DNA of 64,000 nucleotides, from positions 35,268,213 through 35,332,212 of the forward strand of contig OZ234493.1 in NCBI GenBank assembly GCA_965153455.1. The letters run 5' to 3'. The notes beneath the pieces are model-generated. The model was not told the origin of the DNA. It was given only the letters and a program-made list of their open reading frames with translations, and did not search any database. This DNA is from Sphagnum compactum (Eukaryota). The number at the start of each line of letters is the position of its first letter. The first letter of the stretch is position 1. Below are positions 41,946-55,200 of the stretch, in pieces. The translations under genes were made by a program, and so were the position numbers.

Positions 41946-43754
41946 AAGATTGAAAGTAAATAAAGAGTTGATTGTTACTTGGTAGGTAGGGCCAAGTTTA
42001 AGTCAGCAGGGTTAGGTCAATATGATAACTAGGTCAATAAGATAGCTAGGTGGGAACGTAGTATGGAGGTCAAGGTTGAAAAAACAATGGTCAAAAAAAG
42101 AGTAAAAGACCAATAGCCAAAAAAGGTTGATTGTGGTACAATGTTGGTTAAAGCAGGGTCAAGCGCCAGATGAAAAAACGCAGCCCATCCTATGGACAGA
42201 ATGGCCAACTGGTGCACTGGTGAGTGCTGGGTTCACTTTCGTCACGACTGACTACTCTGCAACAACAAACAATTTCAGTGCCCAACCCAAACTCTCGAAA
42301 AAAAGAAAGTATGTCATGTTTTTGGCAATGGTGGCGTTGATTGCCCAACTCAGGAATATGATGTTGCAGACACCCAAAGCAATGGGTTTGTCACCCATGC
42401 ATGCCCCCCTCGAATTCCAATTGAGGAGCAATGGAGTTGCACAACTTTTTACACAACTTCTAGGCACATTTGCAGAGGCTAATCCATTTTTTTGGAGTCT
42501 GACAATTTTAACCAAATGTCAATAAAGGTTACACATTAACTTGTACCCTGGTAACTTGTACTTGACATCATTTACTTTGTTGGCCTTGCCTACCAAGGCA
42601 AGAATATTGTGTTTAGATTCATTATAGAGTATAGTAGCTTAATGGATTTTTATAGGCCCCTAGGTAATAACAATAGGTCTATTTTTATATGCATATTTTT
42701 GAAAGATGATATTTTGGCTTGTGTTGAAACTTGAGATTAATTATAGAGTTATAATATCTTGAAGGATTTTGGTTGCTTTTAGAGGATTTTTTCAACATTA
42801 TATTATTTCATGGTAAATTATTTGAGTTTTCATAGTTCTCTTGCATTAAGATACTTTTTCATGTAAATGGCAAGGCCACAGTGTGACACACCCCTTGTTT
42901 AAGATGCAAGTGGAAGAGGGCTGAAACACTTTGAGATTTTAGATCTTACTAGTGTACACTGTACCAGAGGCCCAAGTGTGAACTGGTCACCCAACTAATT
43001 TTTCATTATAAAATCATCTTTTGTAATGTAATTGAATATCCACTGAAAAAGCCTCCTCAAAATTCAATATCACACACCTCAGGTCTAAAAATTTCCAAAT
43101 CACCTTCATTAAATCCTACTCATCATCAAGGGCTTTTCGATAAGAGCTTTCCGACAATGTTAAGAGTGTGCCCAAATTCCAATATAAATTTAGTTTTGAT
43201 TTAAATGACTTCTCCAACATAGGTTGCAACATTATGAAACCAACTCAGTGCACCCCTACCCATTGAGGGCTTTCCAATGGTACCAAGAGCATGACAAGAG
43301 GTTCTGCTACCATGTTGAGATCTCCCAAAACATGTAGCAGTACCTGGAGGCAGAGGGCCCACTGTTGTTTAAAATGTTTGGAGTTGGATGAATTTGTGGG
43401 TGCACAATAATAGGCCCTTGATTTGCAGATGACCGGGGCTAGTAGCAATCACTGTCAGCCTGTATGCGAAATTTAGTTGCAAGAAGATGAACCCTGAGTT
43501 GTCATTAAGACTGAGCTCTACTGCTCAAATGTAAGAAACATTGCCATGATTCAGAAGTTGAATGAACAAGACCCTGAGGAACAGATCACCCTTCTCAAAT
43601 GAAAGAATGGCAAACTGCATCTGAATCTTAGAAAATTGCTAAGACTTACATTAAGCTGGTACTGTTTTTCAGTGAACACAAAACAATCAACATGAGTGCA
43701 AAACAAGACCCAAATTGAGAGTCCACAACAGTGCAACAACAGTGCACTAATACT

Positions 43755-46100
43755 TTACATGAAATCAAAGTCATCCACTTCGTCATAAGTTCCAGGGGCA
43801 AAGCTATCATCATCAGGCTTGTCCACAAGAAGCTGCTTCTTCTTTGCACCTGCGAAACAGAAGAATGACATTAGCTCCTTGCACAAACCCCACTATGCAG
43901 ACTTACTACTACTAAAACAGAGCCCAACCAGCTCTCAGCATGTTGCTTACTCGGAACTTGAAGTGTTCCAGCTGTCCCATTTCTGTTGAAATAACCAATG
44001 ATCCCATCATTTGTAAGCTTCAGAAAAATGTGTTGACTGGAATATTCTCTGATACCCAACAGTCCAATACACAACCTGATATATTTCTAATATTGACAAA
44101 CTTCAAACCCTCCAGGCTGGCAAACTCTAGCAATCAGACTTACCTGTCTTCTTCTTCCCTGCTGTTGCATCCTTCTCAGCTTTAAGCTTTTCATTGGCAA
44201 TAACAGTCATGCTTGATGCCACCTCTTTTGCATCAGCAGCTTTCAAAGATGAGACTGCGTGTCTCATCAAAGCCCGAAGAAGAGTCATGTAATGAAAACT
44301 TTTCTGAATGTCAAGCACAATCAGAACAAACAGCTTGCCATGTTAAAGAGTACTAGAATTAGTGCCAGATAGGATCCCACATTGCAACCACTTTGAAGAG
44401 CACCTCCTACGATACATCAGAGATGGAACCAATCCACAGATGCTGGTGTAAAGGCTGCAACCCCACAGAAAAGAAAGATTGCTTGCTGAAAGTGTATTCA
44501 TCCCCTTGTTGCTTCTCTAGTTTGATATTCGTTGTGTGAAAGATTTACATGTGAATCACCAGAAGTTACACCATCCAATGAAGACTCGATTCTTTGAGTC
44601 AAGTTTGTTGCTAGGCAAATACAGACTAGGCAATTGAATAAACAAAAGGAGACGTACAAAAGGTAACTCCTGTACAGTACCTTCATATGCAAAACAGCTT
44701 GTGATTATAAACTGCAGAAGTCTTACCTCAAAAGGCCTTAGCTTTTGTGCAAGAAGCTCAGCATACTCCAGGAAGTCATCTTCTGACTTGGGAATGAATT
44801 CATCTAGAGTGCGTCCACCACCACTAGACTTTTGTGCACCAAAAAGCTCTGTTGTATGTTGATAGTCAGACTCCTCTACAAGCCTGTTACATAGCACATA
44901 AAGAATTCCATTAATCACTCTAGCCTTCTACAGCAAACCGCAGAACAGGCCAACAAAAGGTCGTTGAGACTGCCACTAGGCATCTAACAGCTGTGTCATT
45001 ACGATCACAAAAATTTGGAGGTTGTAATGAGGATACCTCTGTTGCCGCAGCTTCTCGGCCAAGGGATCAGCAAGCCTGTCATCTTGAAGAGAAGTCTTTG
45101 CACCCTTTGTATCAACTGCCTTCTTCTTATCTGTCTTCGGCTTTGCTGCAGCTGGTACCTATGCAACAGAACAAAAGATTGTTGGCCCATTGAGGTCCAT
45201 CCCACTAAGAAATCAGCCATGGCCAACCTCAAAAAATGTGGTGGAACCTGACATCAAATGGTCATGTGCAACCAAATGGAAAACCTTCAACTAGCTCTCT
45301 AAACCTAAAGATCTCCAAACCTCTACAGCAAGAGAAAAAAAATGGCAGTCCTCTCTCTACAGTTCAGACAACAGCTGTCCTCTCCACAACCCACCCAGTT
45401 GGCATATCAGTTTTGTCAGAACTCCAATAGCAAAAATACACTCCTCCAATGTCACTCACTTGCTACATCAGATGATGATGCATCAAGTACACTACACAGC
45501 AACAACACCTATGCTGCGCTTAGGGCACTTACAAGAACTTACAGGCTTGGGCTTGTCTTCCTCTTCCCAGGACTGCTTCACTTCCTCCTCTTCAGCATCT
45601 TCATCGTCCCACTGACTCTTCGGTGGCTCCTTTACAACCACTGGAGCCACAGGCACGAAATCCTCCGACTCTGCAGATCCAGGAAGAAAGGAACAAAAAA
45701 AAAGGTTCTGTCAAAAACCCTAAAAACCGCATCTAACAATCTTCGGCAACTTGGACACTTTGTCATATCTCTTCTCAACGGCAGCAATCATAAGCACACA
45801 AAGAACAAAAAAAAACTCCTAGAGAGGAAAGTTCACCATACTCCATAGCACAACGTCGAATCCATACATGCATACAGTCTCCATGCACAAAGGTTTTGCT
45901 TGACAGCTGCTGCCGGAGAGATAGTTACCTAGACCCTCAATCTAACCAGAAGGAAACTAAACTTTTCATGATCAAAATGGCTAAAGATCTACTACAAGGA
46001 GTAGTCTAAAGAGTGAAACAAGACGACAAAGAAACCAAGAAGAAAAAAATAAATAAAGCAGGGACAGAAGATGATGATGCATACCCCAGTCGTCGTCCAT
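43755..46100 (-). CDS. eIF3j: Eukaryotic translation initiation factor 3 subunit J, 6 coding exons, ~225 aa
   Basis: Exons 46100-46085 (MDDDW), 45670-45543, 45158-45037, 44883-44727, 44303-44144, 43849-43755. Introns are GT-AG and in phase (678 nt). Motifs: acidic N-terminus with WDDED and SWEEE, DPLAEKLRQQRLVEESDY, FIPKSEDDFLEYAELL, IANEKLKAEK, terminal YDEVDDFDFM*. Confidence 0.93.
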
Positions 46101-46139
46101 GCTGCTCCGCCGTCAAAATTGGTGCATCCACTTTCAATC

Positions 46140-46152
46140 AAACCCTAAACCC
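46140..46152. promoter_or_regulatory. Telo-box (AAACCCTAA) ~40 bp upstream of the eIF3j ATG
   Basis: AAACCCTAAACCC at 46140, with another AAACCCTAA in intron 1 (~45715). Telo-boxes are established in 5' regions of plant translation-machinery genes. Confidence 0.6.
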
Positions 46153-46379
46153 GAAATCGATAATACTGCTCCACACGGCGGAAAGGGAAGACGGAGAAAC
46201 AAAGTCGGGGATTTTGATGGTTGAATTGCAAAGAACACAAAGCGATGTACTCGTTTGCAAAATCAAACGCACAAAAGAAACTCTGCTGCTTGTCTCTGTC
46301 TGGATGTGCGCGAGCGCGCGCGGTCGTCGAGCTTGCGCTCTTGTCGACCTCGCGAGATTGCAGTTCGCAAAGGAAGCAG

Positions 46380-47390
46380 CGAAGAAGAACTCTGTCAATG
46401 CCCTTGTGGATGAAGAACTCTACAAAGCCTCATTCATTCATTTACGATGTGAGCTTGATGGATGCCCCTTGTGGATGAAACACTCCAAATTCTTCTTCAT
46501 TCGTTTATTTTTGAGGAGGGGTTGGTATGCCCTTGTGGATGGAAAAACTCTATACAACTTCTTCATTCATTCAGGAGGCGACCTTGGAGGGCCTTTGTTG
46601 AATAAAAGAACACTTCTTCATTCATTCAGGAGGAGAGCTTGGATGCCCTTGTAGATGAAGAACTCTACAAAGCTTAATTCATTCATTTACTAGGTCAGCT
46701 TGGATGCCCTTTGTGGATGAAACACTCCATATTCTTCTTCATCGTTTATTTAACAGGCAAGCTTGGGATGCCCTCGTGTATGAAAAAACTCTACAAAAAA
46801 AGTTTCATCCATTAAGAGGCGACTTTGGAGGGCCTTGTTGATAAAGAACTGTACAACCTTCTTCATTCATTTAGGAGGGGAGTTTGGATGGATGAAGAAC
46901 TCCACAAAGCTTCATTCATTCATTTATGAGGTCACCTTGGATGCCCCTTGTGGATGAAATTCTTCTTTATTCGTTTATTTATGAGTCGAGCTTGGGATGC
47001 CCTCCTGGATGAAAAAAACTCTACAAAACTTCTTCATTCATTCACAACGCGACCGTGGAGAGCCTTGCTGATAAAGAACTCTTACAAACTTCATTCCTTC
47101 ATTAGGAGGCGAGTTTGGATGCCCTCGTGGATGAAGAACTCGACAAAAACATCTTCATTCATTTACAAGGCAAGTTTGGATGCCCTTGTGGATGAAGAAC
47201 TCGACAAAACTCCTTCACTCATTAACAAGGCGAGCTTGGATGCCGTTGTGGATGAAGCACTCTACAAACATCTTCATTCAATTGCAAGGCGAGCTTCGAT
47301 TCATGTGTGGATGAAAAACTCTACAAACTTTTTCTTGGAAACCCCTTGGCTCCCGTTATGGATGAAAAATCCGTTTCATTCATTGAAGAA
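46380..47390. repeat. ~60-bp minisatellite (~16-17 units) with ~240-bp tetrameric higher-order repeat
   Basis: Unit consensus is approximately GCTTGGATGCCCTTGTGGATGAAGAACTCTACAAA(A)CTTCTTCATTCATT. Variant-specific motifs recur every fourth unit (HOR starts ~46412, 46657, 46894, 47133). Confidence 0.9.
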
Positions 47391-48010
47391 AACTACAAGA
47401 AAAATTCTCGTTGCCTATTCATTCACCCAATTTAGGATTTGGGTTTTCTTCCTCAATGTGATTACTTCAACAACCCTTGGCCACCTAACTAACCAAGGTG
47501 GTTAGCTCACTTTGGGGCTTTCCTACCTAATAACAATCCACTTAGCCCTTACCTATGTATTACCATAGTGCATGAACGGTTTCAGCATAAATTTTTTTTT
47601 AAAAATTTGTTTTTGTCAAATTTTTGAAAAAAGTATTTATCAATTGTGCCGAATTTTTTTATAATTTTTATAAAATAAGAATCTGCAAGTTTTCAACTGT
47701 TGGGTCTTACTTTTTGTTTTATTATTTTATAATAATTAATTGTCGAAAATTTCAGAATTAAAAAACCAAGTGCTGAAGTTAAGATTTAAAATCTAATTTA
47801 TTATTTGGCAATTTGTTGCTGAATCCAATCCGATCGGGGAGTACAGAAATCATCTACATGCATCCACTTTGTCAATAGTCACCTATTATTCTACTCATGG
47901 TACCTAGAGGATTTATCCATGTCCATCCGAGCATTTTTTTTTCTTTATTGGAAAAAAGGGAGCCAAAATTGGAAAACTTTATTGTAAGGGCCAATCGGGT
48001 TATGAGTTAT

Positions 48011-48670
48011 GACCAATGTTGGGGGCACTTCTTTGATTTTGTCATAACCATGGCTTTCAAGTTTTTGAAAATTTGCATAAGTCAAAGAACCTTTGGTTCA
48101 TGGTTTTTGAACAGTTTTGTGTGGGGTAAGGTAAAAGCCTGAGGCAGTGGGCTTTAGCAGAGTAAGGGCCAGAGAGAATGAGGCACATTTTGGTAAAGCC
48201 CATGGCCAAGGGCTTTCTTTACCACGCATAAGAGCTGCATGGAATTTTTATGTCAAAATAATTTCTTGTGATACCCAGTGGGTATTTTCTGGGTATCATG
48301 GGAAAAAAAAGGAAAGTGGTTGTTGTTTCGTAAAATGAAATATACCAAAGAGCAGGTTTGAATAGGTTTTTCAAAACACCTGCCCTTTGTGGAGGAAATT
48401 TTTTGTGTAGCACCCTCCAACTATATACTAACAAAATCCACCCGGGTCCTTGATGAAATAAAATCACCCTCCAGTTCTGGATTTTTGAAAAAACACAAAA
48501 ACTTATGAAAATTTAGGTAAGTTCTTTGACCAGTTCTTTGAATTTTTAAATGGCAAGTATGTGTCAATATGGGTTGTTTTTTTATTATCACTAGTCAAAT
48601 GCCCATACGTACCTGGACCATACCCACCGGTTCTTTCTTTGAAAAACGAGAGAACCGGCCAACAGCAGTC
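48011..48670. mobile_element. Putative non-autonomous DNA transposon with 9-bp TSD and a nested ~110-bp hairpin element (48119-48229)
   Basis: Direct repeat ATGAGTTAT at 48002-48010 and 48671-48679. Imperfect termini GACCAATGTTGG / CCAACAGCAGTC. Internal imperfect IR GTGGGGTAAGGTAAAAGCC..GGGCTTTAGCA / TGGTAAAGCCC..GGGCTTTCTTTACCACGCA. Confidence 0.5.
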
Positions 48671-48814
48671 ATGAGTTATATGACCTTTCCTCTAAGAGGC
48701 AAATACATTAGCCTGAGTTTGGTCCAAAACCGGGTGAGACTAAAAAAAAACACCTGCACAAAAATACATTAGCCTTCGACGGGGTGCCAAACTCAGAAAT
48801 GCACCACTTTTTGT

Positions 48815-49075
48815 GCCAAACTGAGTTTGATCCGGTTTTGACCCTGTCTTTCCTTTTTCATGAGCGCTTCCACTGCTGCTACATATATTTTCACTTCTCC
48901 TAACATGTACAACTACTATAAAAAATATCTCGAACCCTGTGCATTAAATGCTGATTTTCAGCATTTCATACCCAGATGATATAAAACTTCCTTACCTTTA
49001 TAAAACTTCCTTCTTTGCAGACCTCACTCAAAGAGGGGATAGGGGGTGAAAGCAGGCCCAAAGACAGGGTGAAGA
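48815..49075 (-). repeat. ~230-bp dispersed element, copy 2
   Basis: ACCCTGTCTT (48841) ... AAGACAGGGT (49061-49070) form a 10-bp IR. Shares CACCCTGTCTTTGGGCCT.CTTTCACCCCC, TGAAATGCTGAAAATCAGCATTTAATG and GTGAAAATATATG with copy 1. Confidence 0.75.
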
Positions 49076-49259
49076 CACGATTACTTTTAAGGAAAACTCT
49101 AACAAGCTGCTAACCGCATAAAGTTTCTCCCCCTAACATTCAAGAATATTGTTGCAAGCGTTATATTAAATGAGATATGTAGGTCATTATCCTCTCAGCA
49201 TTATTTTTGTCTTATTATTATTGTCAATGTTTTATAGAGATTTTTATTAAAAAATCTAT

Positions 49260-52200
49260 GTGATGGTAACCTGAGAGTTTGAATGCAAAATATATTGGTT
49301 AGTGGTCAATCCAATAAGTTTCAACAATTCTTGACATGCATTGTTGAGTGGGTGCATTTGTCCATATGTGATCAATATGGATCCACAAATTGTTGTATTT
49401 TTAAAAAATTGAAGTTCGATTGAATATTGGTCCATAAAACTTTGGAGTTCATTTGGTTGTGTTGAGTTTTGATCAAACATGTTAATATTGAAATCGTCAA
49501 TCATTATTGTGGGACAAGAAATTGACATTAGATCCAAAAACTTTTGAAGGTGAATTATGAACATTGACAAGGATAATGTTGAAAGTATGTATATTGCTAT
49601 TATATGAATAGCCTTTCTTATATTTGCATTGAATGTTGCTGTAATATATTCAACCCCTAAAGATGTAAAAGTTTCGTGCGATGATAAGGTTGTGAAATTC
49701 ACATATATAAACATTGTACAATTTCGACCATTTACACTAATTATTGAATGTGTTCTTGTATCAATGATCAAATATGTATTATTAGGCGTTAATGTGTTGA
49801 AATGTGTTTCATTGAGGCACAATATGTGAGTTATTTTAGATTGTAATCCGAAAAAACATCATTTTTATGTAAAGGCAATGATCTAATATTGAAAGAATAA
49901 ATTAGTACATGTGAATCATGAAATGTATGTGGTTTGCGGACAAGTATATCCCATCGTGCAATGGTTTGCAATCAACACATTTCCATGGCAACACTTAAAT
50001 CAATTTGAAAAAATTTCATCTGCAAAGGTTGTAAAAGGTAAATTTTTTCCTTTTTCTTAACATGAGAAAGTGATGTATATGTCAAACCATGTTTGTAAAC
50101 ATTAATAGGATCAAATGTTAAATAATCAAGTGTTAATCCTTGTGCTCGATGTATAGTGCATGTTGCAACCAATTGAATGGGAAATTGTGTTCTTGTTATA
50201 ATGTGAGAAGAATTTGAACCAATTTGAACATCTTTGGATATGGGTTATATTGGTGTCCATGTAGGATGTATTTCATGTCCATACAAATGTGCAGTTTTTA
50301 TTCTTGCGAGTTGACCACATTGGGATTATTAAATAATATTCATATGACTTCTTGTGAATTGAATATTTTAGTTGACCCTTGGAATATTTCATCTACACCA
50401 TTTACAAGACCATCATGTGTTGCATAATTTCCAAAACAAAATTCAACCAACATATTTTTCTTTACTTGAACCTCTGAGTGCAATCTTGTTGTGAAGTTTG
50501 CATCATTTTGTAATTGAAATGATTGAGGACATGTATCATGATGTCTATCTTGTGCACACAATATGAATACATCCCCTTCACTTCAAAGGAAAATCGATTC
50601 ATTTTGTTTTTGTTTTTATTTATTCGTGTAAAATAAATATGAAAATTTTGAATCATTTGGTGGTGTACGAAAACATTGATTATTTACGGTATCCACATCT
50701 TATTGCAATTGTGTAGTAGTTCGAAATCAGTTTAAGATGTTAATGAATTGTTCATCACTTTGGTGCATGATTTGCTTCAATTCATAACATTTAATTTTTT
50801 TCCATCCAAAAATTTGGAGCTAAATTATCAATGTTATTTACATTAATTTTCAAAACTCCTACATCACGAACTGGCTGAACTTGATAAAAATCCCCTACAA
50901 TAATTACATCAAGATTTCCAAAAAAATTGGTGTAAATACGTTTGATTGATCTTAATCAAAGATCAATAAATTTTAATATTCTTTTCCTTATTAATGAAAT
51001 TTCATCTAATACTATTAATTATAATTGGTCATTTTTTAAACTAAATTATTTAATCATTCTGAACTTAATGATGGTAAATCTTTACAATTAAGTGGTATAG
51101 AAAAACTTGAATGAATTGTAGTTCCATCAATGTTAAATGTCGTTTTTCTAGTATATGCCATGAACAAAACTTTTTTTTTAAAAGGTTTCAATGAGGATGT
51201 CTATTATAAAAACGTATCATAACTTGAATTAAAAGCATTAATGTGAAATTTTTACCCAAACTAACACCTCCAGTAATGAATAAATGAATTGGTTCATTTG
51301 GATTTTTATTTTTTCTATACATGACATCGTCAAATATAATACGTTGTTCATTATTCATTTTTTGAAATAGTGAATGGAATTCATGGGTAGGTATGATTTG
51401 GTCTTGAACATCAATATTGGTTGAATCAATAATAATGGAGACACCTATACATGGGTTAACAATATATTCATTACAAATGTTATATGGTTCCATTCTAGTA
51501 CAATTAATAATATTTTGTGAAAAAAACCCAATATTTGCATTAGGAAATTTATCCATCCATATGTTAATGTCATTTTTTGTTGTTAATTCAAGAACTTATG
51601 ATTTTATGTTTTCCCAATTTGTTGTGTATGCATTATGGGTGCAGTCAGGGTAACACGTACCATAACAATTGTAACCAATGTTCGAAGTTCCATGTTATTG
51701 AAAATGTAATTTGATTTCGTGTTGAAATTATAAGATTTACTTATATGATAACATTCATAATATATCATGGGAACTTGTGAATAAATTTGAAATTAATCAA
51801 ATGAATAAAAAATATGAAAAAACATTAATAAAACATTGTAACCAGTGTTTTGAAGTAGTAAAAGGACAAGTTTAATAACTTGTTTTTTTCTAAATGACAT
51901 AGTTTGACAAATTTTTAATGCAAGGCTTATTAAAGTACTATAAAAAAATTTATCATGATTTTTAAAGATTTTTTTGAAGATTGTTCAAAAATATTTCAAA
52001 AATATTCTAAGAATAATATTTTCCCAAAAAAAATCACAAAAAAATAGTAAAAAATAGGTTGATGTGGATCATGTTATCCCGTTTGCACCCTTATTATTAT
52101 CAAAATTATATATAAATTTATTTTTATTTCATGCATGTTATATGTCACATTCCATGTGGAATGGTCATTTCTGGAAGTATGTTCATTATAAAAAAAAAAA

Positions 52201-55200
52201 GAATAAATAATAATAATAATAACAATAACAATAATGTTTTATAGTAATTTTCTAGGTCTCAATGTTCATTATGATGCACATAACGAATTATATAAGATTT
52301 TTTCCTTTTTCCCTAAGATTTAAAATGCCATAATTTGCAACAAATTCACTGAAAAATGTTAGATAAATAGTTTGGTCTTTCAATGTATTTATCAATGATT
52401 GACAGACACATAATATCTGTAAAATTCAAAGGAAATGTTTTTAATGATGTAACATCTTTAATACAAATGCACATTCTTGTAATGGGATGTATTAATGAAT
52501 TTAAATGTTTTAAATGCATGGTGCAATGGTATAGACAACACATATATGTAGCTAGTTGTGTTGACATTTGTTGAACATTAAGAAACCATATCCCATTTTT
52601 CGAATCCAAGTATGTGCTTCAATTTTTTTTCATTATAACTAATAATTATATTTTTCAACTCTTATGTCATTGTTTTATCTATGTTTGTTAGATAAGATGT
52701 GTAATAATAGCTACACATAAGGTCAAGTTTGAAGTGAACATCTGTGTTTGCTTGCCAAATATTTCCAACATGAATACCAAAGGGATTTGTTCGTATGTTT
52801 TTACATAATTGTTGTAAAAAAATTGTTGGTTTTTTAAATTTTACTCATAATGCATTGATGTATGTTTCCTTATCTATAAAAATAATAATTAGTAATGCAC
52901 TAAATGACATAGATGTTTTAAATCAATTTTATTAAGTTCTTCGAAAATATTTTTGTTAATTTCACCTAAATGAACCCTTTTTGAAGGGGTTAAATATTCC
53001 ATTGGGAATGGTTCAAGATTTTGTGTTTTTTCCATAGGAGGCCATGGAAAATTAAATTGACAAATGGCTTGATTTTTCTTGCTATAAGTCTTTTTGTGAT
53101 GATGTGTTTGAACTTCACGAAGATTGGGTGCTAGTTTATTATTATCACATGACATATATTTGTCTACAAAGTTTTCAATTGCATTGTTTGAATCCAAACC
53201 ATAAATTGGTGCATTTGCAACCTATAAAAGTCCATGGTCATGTTGACTTCGACAACTTTGAAATTCTGTTACAAAGAAGAAATCTAATAAATGCCAAAAA
53301 TTGAATTATCTTTCATACACAATGTATGAAAAGATCTCATACGATGATCATAATATTGTGCACATGTAATAGAATGACATCATATAAGATTTGCAACATG
53401 TTTGGGTTCTAATTTATCAAAAAGAATGTTAAGTCCTAATTTTTACTATTTAAATCATATAAACATTTAAATAAAGGAAGCCATTTACTTTCAACAACGG
53501 TAAATGTAACAAGAAATGTTGAGGGACGTAATTGTCAAATCATTGCAAAGACATCTTTTCTTAATCAACTTAGATAATCAAGTGAAATACGTAGTCCTGA
53601 AAGATCCATATATCCTAAAATTAGAATGTAAAATAACATCCAAATTTGGTTTATTTATGACATCACATGCTTGAAATTGATGTCCAAGGAGTTTCCTTTT
53701 ACATATGCGCACCTAATATGATGAAATAACAAAATGAATCAATACTTTAATAGCTTTAAAAAACAAATTTGGTATATGTGTGGCAAAATTATGATTTTTA
53801 TGTAAAAGTTCCCATTGAGCAATCATTTGATATCACATTTGTATTCCTTGGTTGCTACGAGGTTGTCCAAAAAACAATGTAGGAAAGTTCAATTCTTCAC
53901 AATGGGGATCTTGAAAAAGGCCTAATGGTTTGAAATCTTGGCCTAGTGCCATAGTTACAACATTTTCAAAATAATCATATATTTGTTCAAAAGATAATAT
54001 GTTTTGCACCATTGTATATGTTAATATGTTTTCTTATTCCTCTTCAAATCTATCTTCATTATTATGGTCACATGATTCATCATCCTCTACGTCACAAGAA
54101 ATATTTGTATTGGTTTGCATTGATAATGTGAACATATCAAACTAGCATGGATGAATTGTTATTCTAAAATTTTCATATAATGGTGTGTTGAGAAGATCAT
54201 GTAATGCTAACATAATGAGGTTCGGATGGACATTACCTGCTAAATATGGTGATTTATATTCCCTTCGGCTTTTTAATGATACACCAATTGTTACTTCATC
54301 ATTAAAAAGATGAAGTAATATTGATTGGGTAGAATCGATATTAGATGGAACATTTATAATACTTCCTTTTATGTTATATTGTCCATAACCTTGGAGTTGC
54401 CAAATTTAAACAAATGCTAAAGAAGGTGATATTAATCATTCTTCGAACTCATTAGTTTTTTTACAAAATCTATGTCATTGTTCAATCTAATATTTGTAAG
54501 AATTAAAAGTTTTGGTGTTTTATTTTTATTTAAAAAAAACAACTTTCACACAATAATGGATTTTTTTCTTGAGGTGGAACATGTAAGAGTATTTTTGAAT
54601 TGTGGATTTTAATATTTTTCTTGTTTTTTTTTTAAAGCACAATCGATGACAACACACACATGGATATTGGGTGTATCCAATAATTGTTGAAAATATTTAT
54701 CATGATGAGGTGAAAGATTTTCCAATGTTGTCAAAATATTTTCATGTATTATATTTGAAGTCAATGTATTATGAACATGAATAGTTGAAGATGGTTGTTT
54801 AATGTGCAATGGTTCCACAAGGTTATTGCATGTCAATATGTCAAATTGTGGATTTTCAGGTAAATGTTGTTCAAGAGAATGTGTTTGTGAAATGTCATTA
54901 AGGCCAACATTTGTTTTTGTTGATATTTCTATGTTGTTTAAACAAGAGTTAATAATTTTTACAAGATTTACATATTTTTTATGAAGGTGACATAAACGAG
55001 AATATACTTGAATGAGTCTTAACTCTAAAGTGGAATTGTTGATAAGATTTTTTTGGTTATATATTTTAAAGTGGAGATGGAAATGTAATCATTAAATATT
55101 TTAATTGTTCATTAAGCATGGGTTTCCAATGGGAATGTTTAGGTTTTTCAATCACATTTTCATGTGATACTTTAGGTTTTTGTTTTTGTGGGTGCATGAT

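Noticed and set aside
42127-42525. 132-aa ORF
   Set aside because: Non-ATG start, no recognisable motifs, and no supporting splice structure.
42581-42878. Possible MITE bounded by TGGCCTTGCC / GGCAAGGCCA
   Set aside because: Only a 10-bp IR and no clear TSD, which is insufficient support.
46380-47390. CRISPR-like array (palindromic repeats at regular spacing)
   Set aside because: The inter-repeat segments are homologous to each other rather than unique spacers, the repeats are degenerate, there are no cas genes, and the context is eukaryotic.
46013-47505. ORFs of 213 aa (46013-46654) and 185 aa (46948-47505)
   Set aside because: They are translations of the eIF3j antisense 5' region and the tandem repeat, with no recognisable domain.
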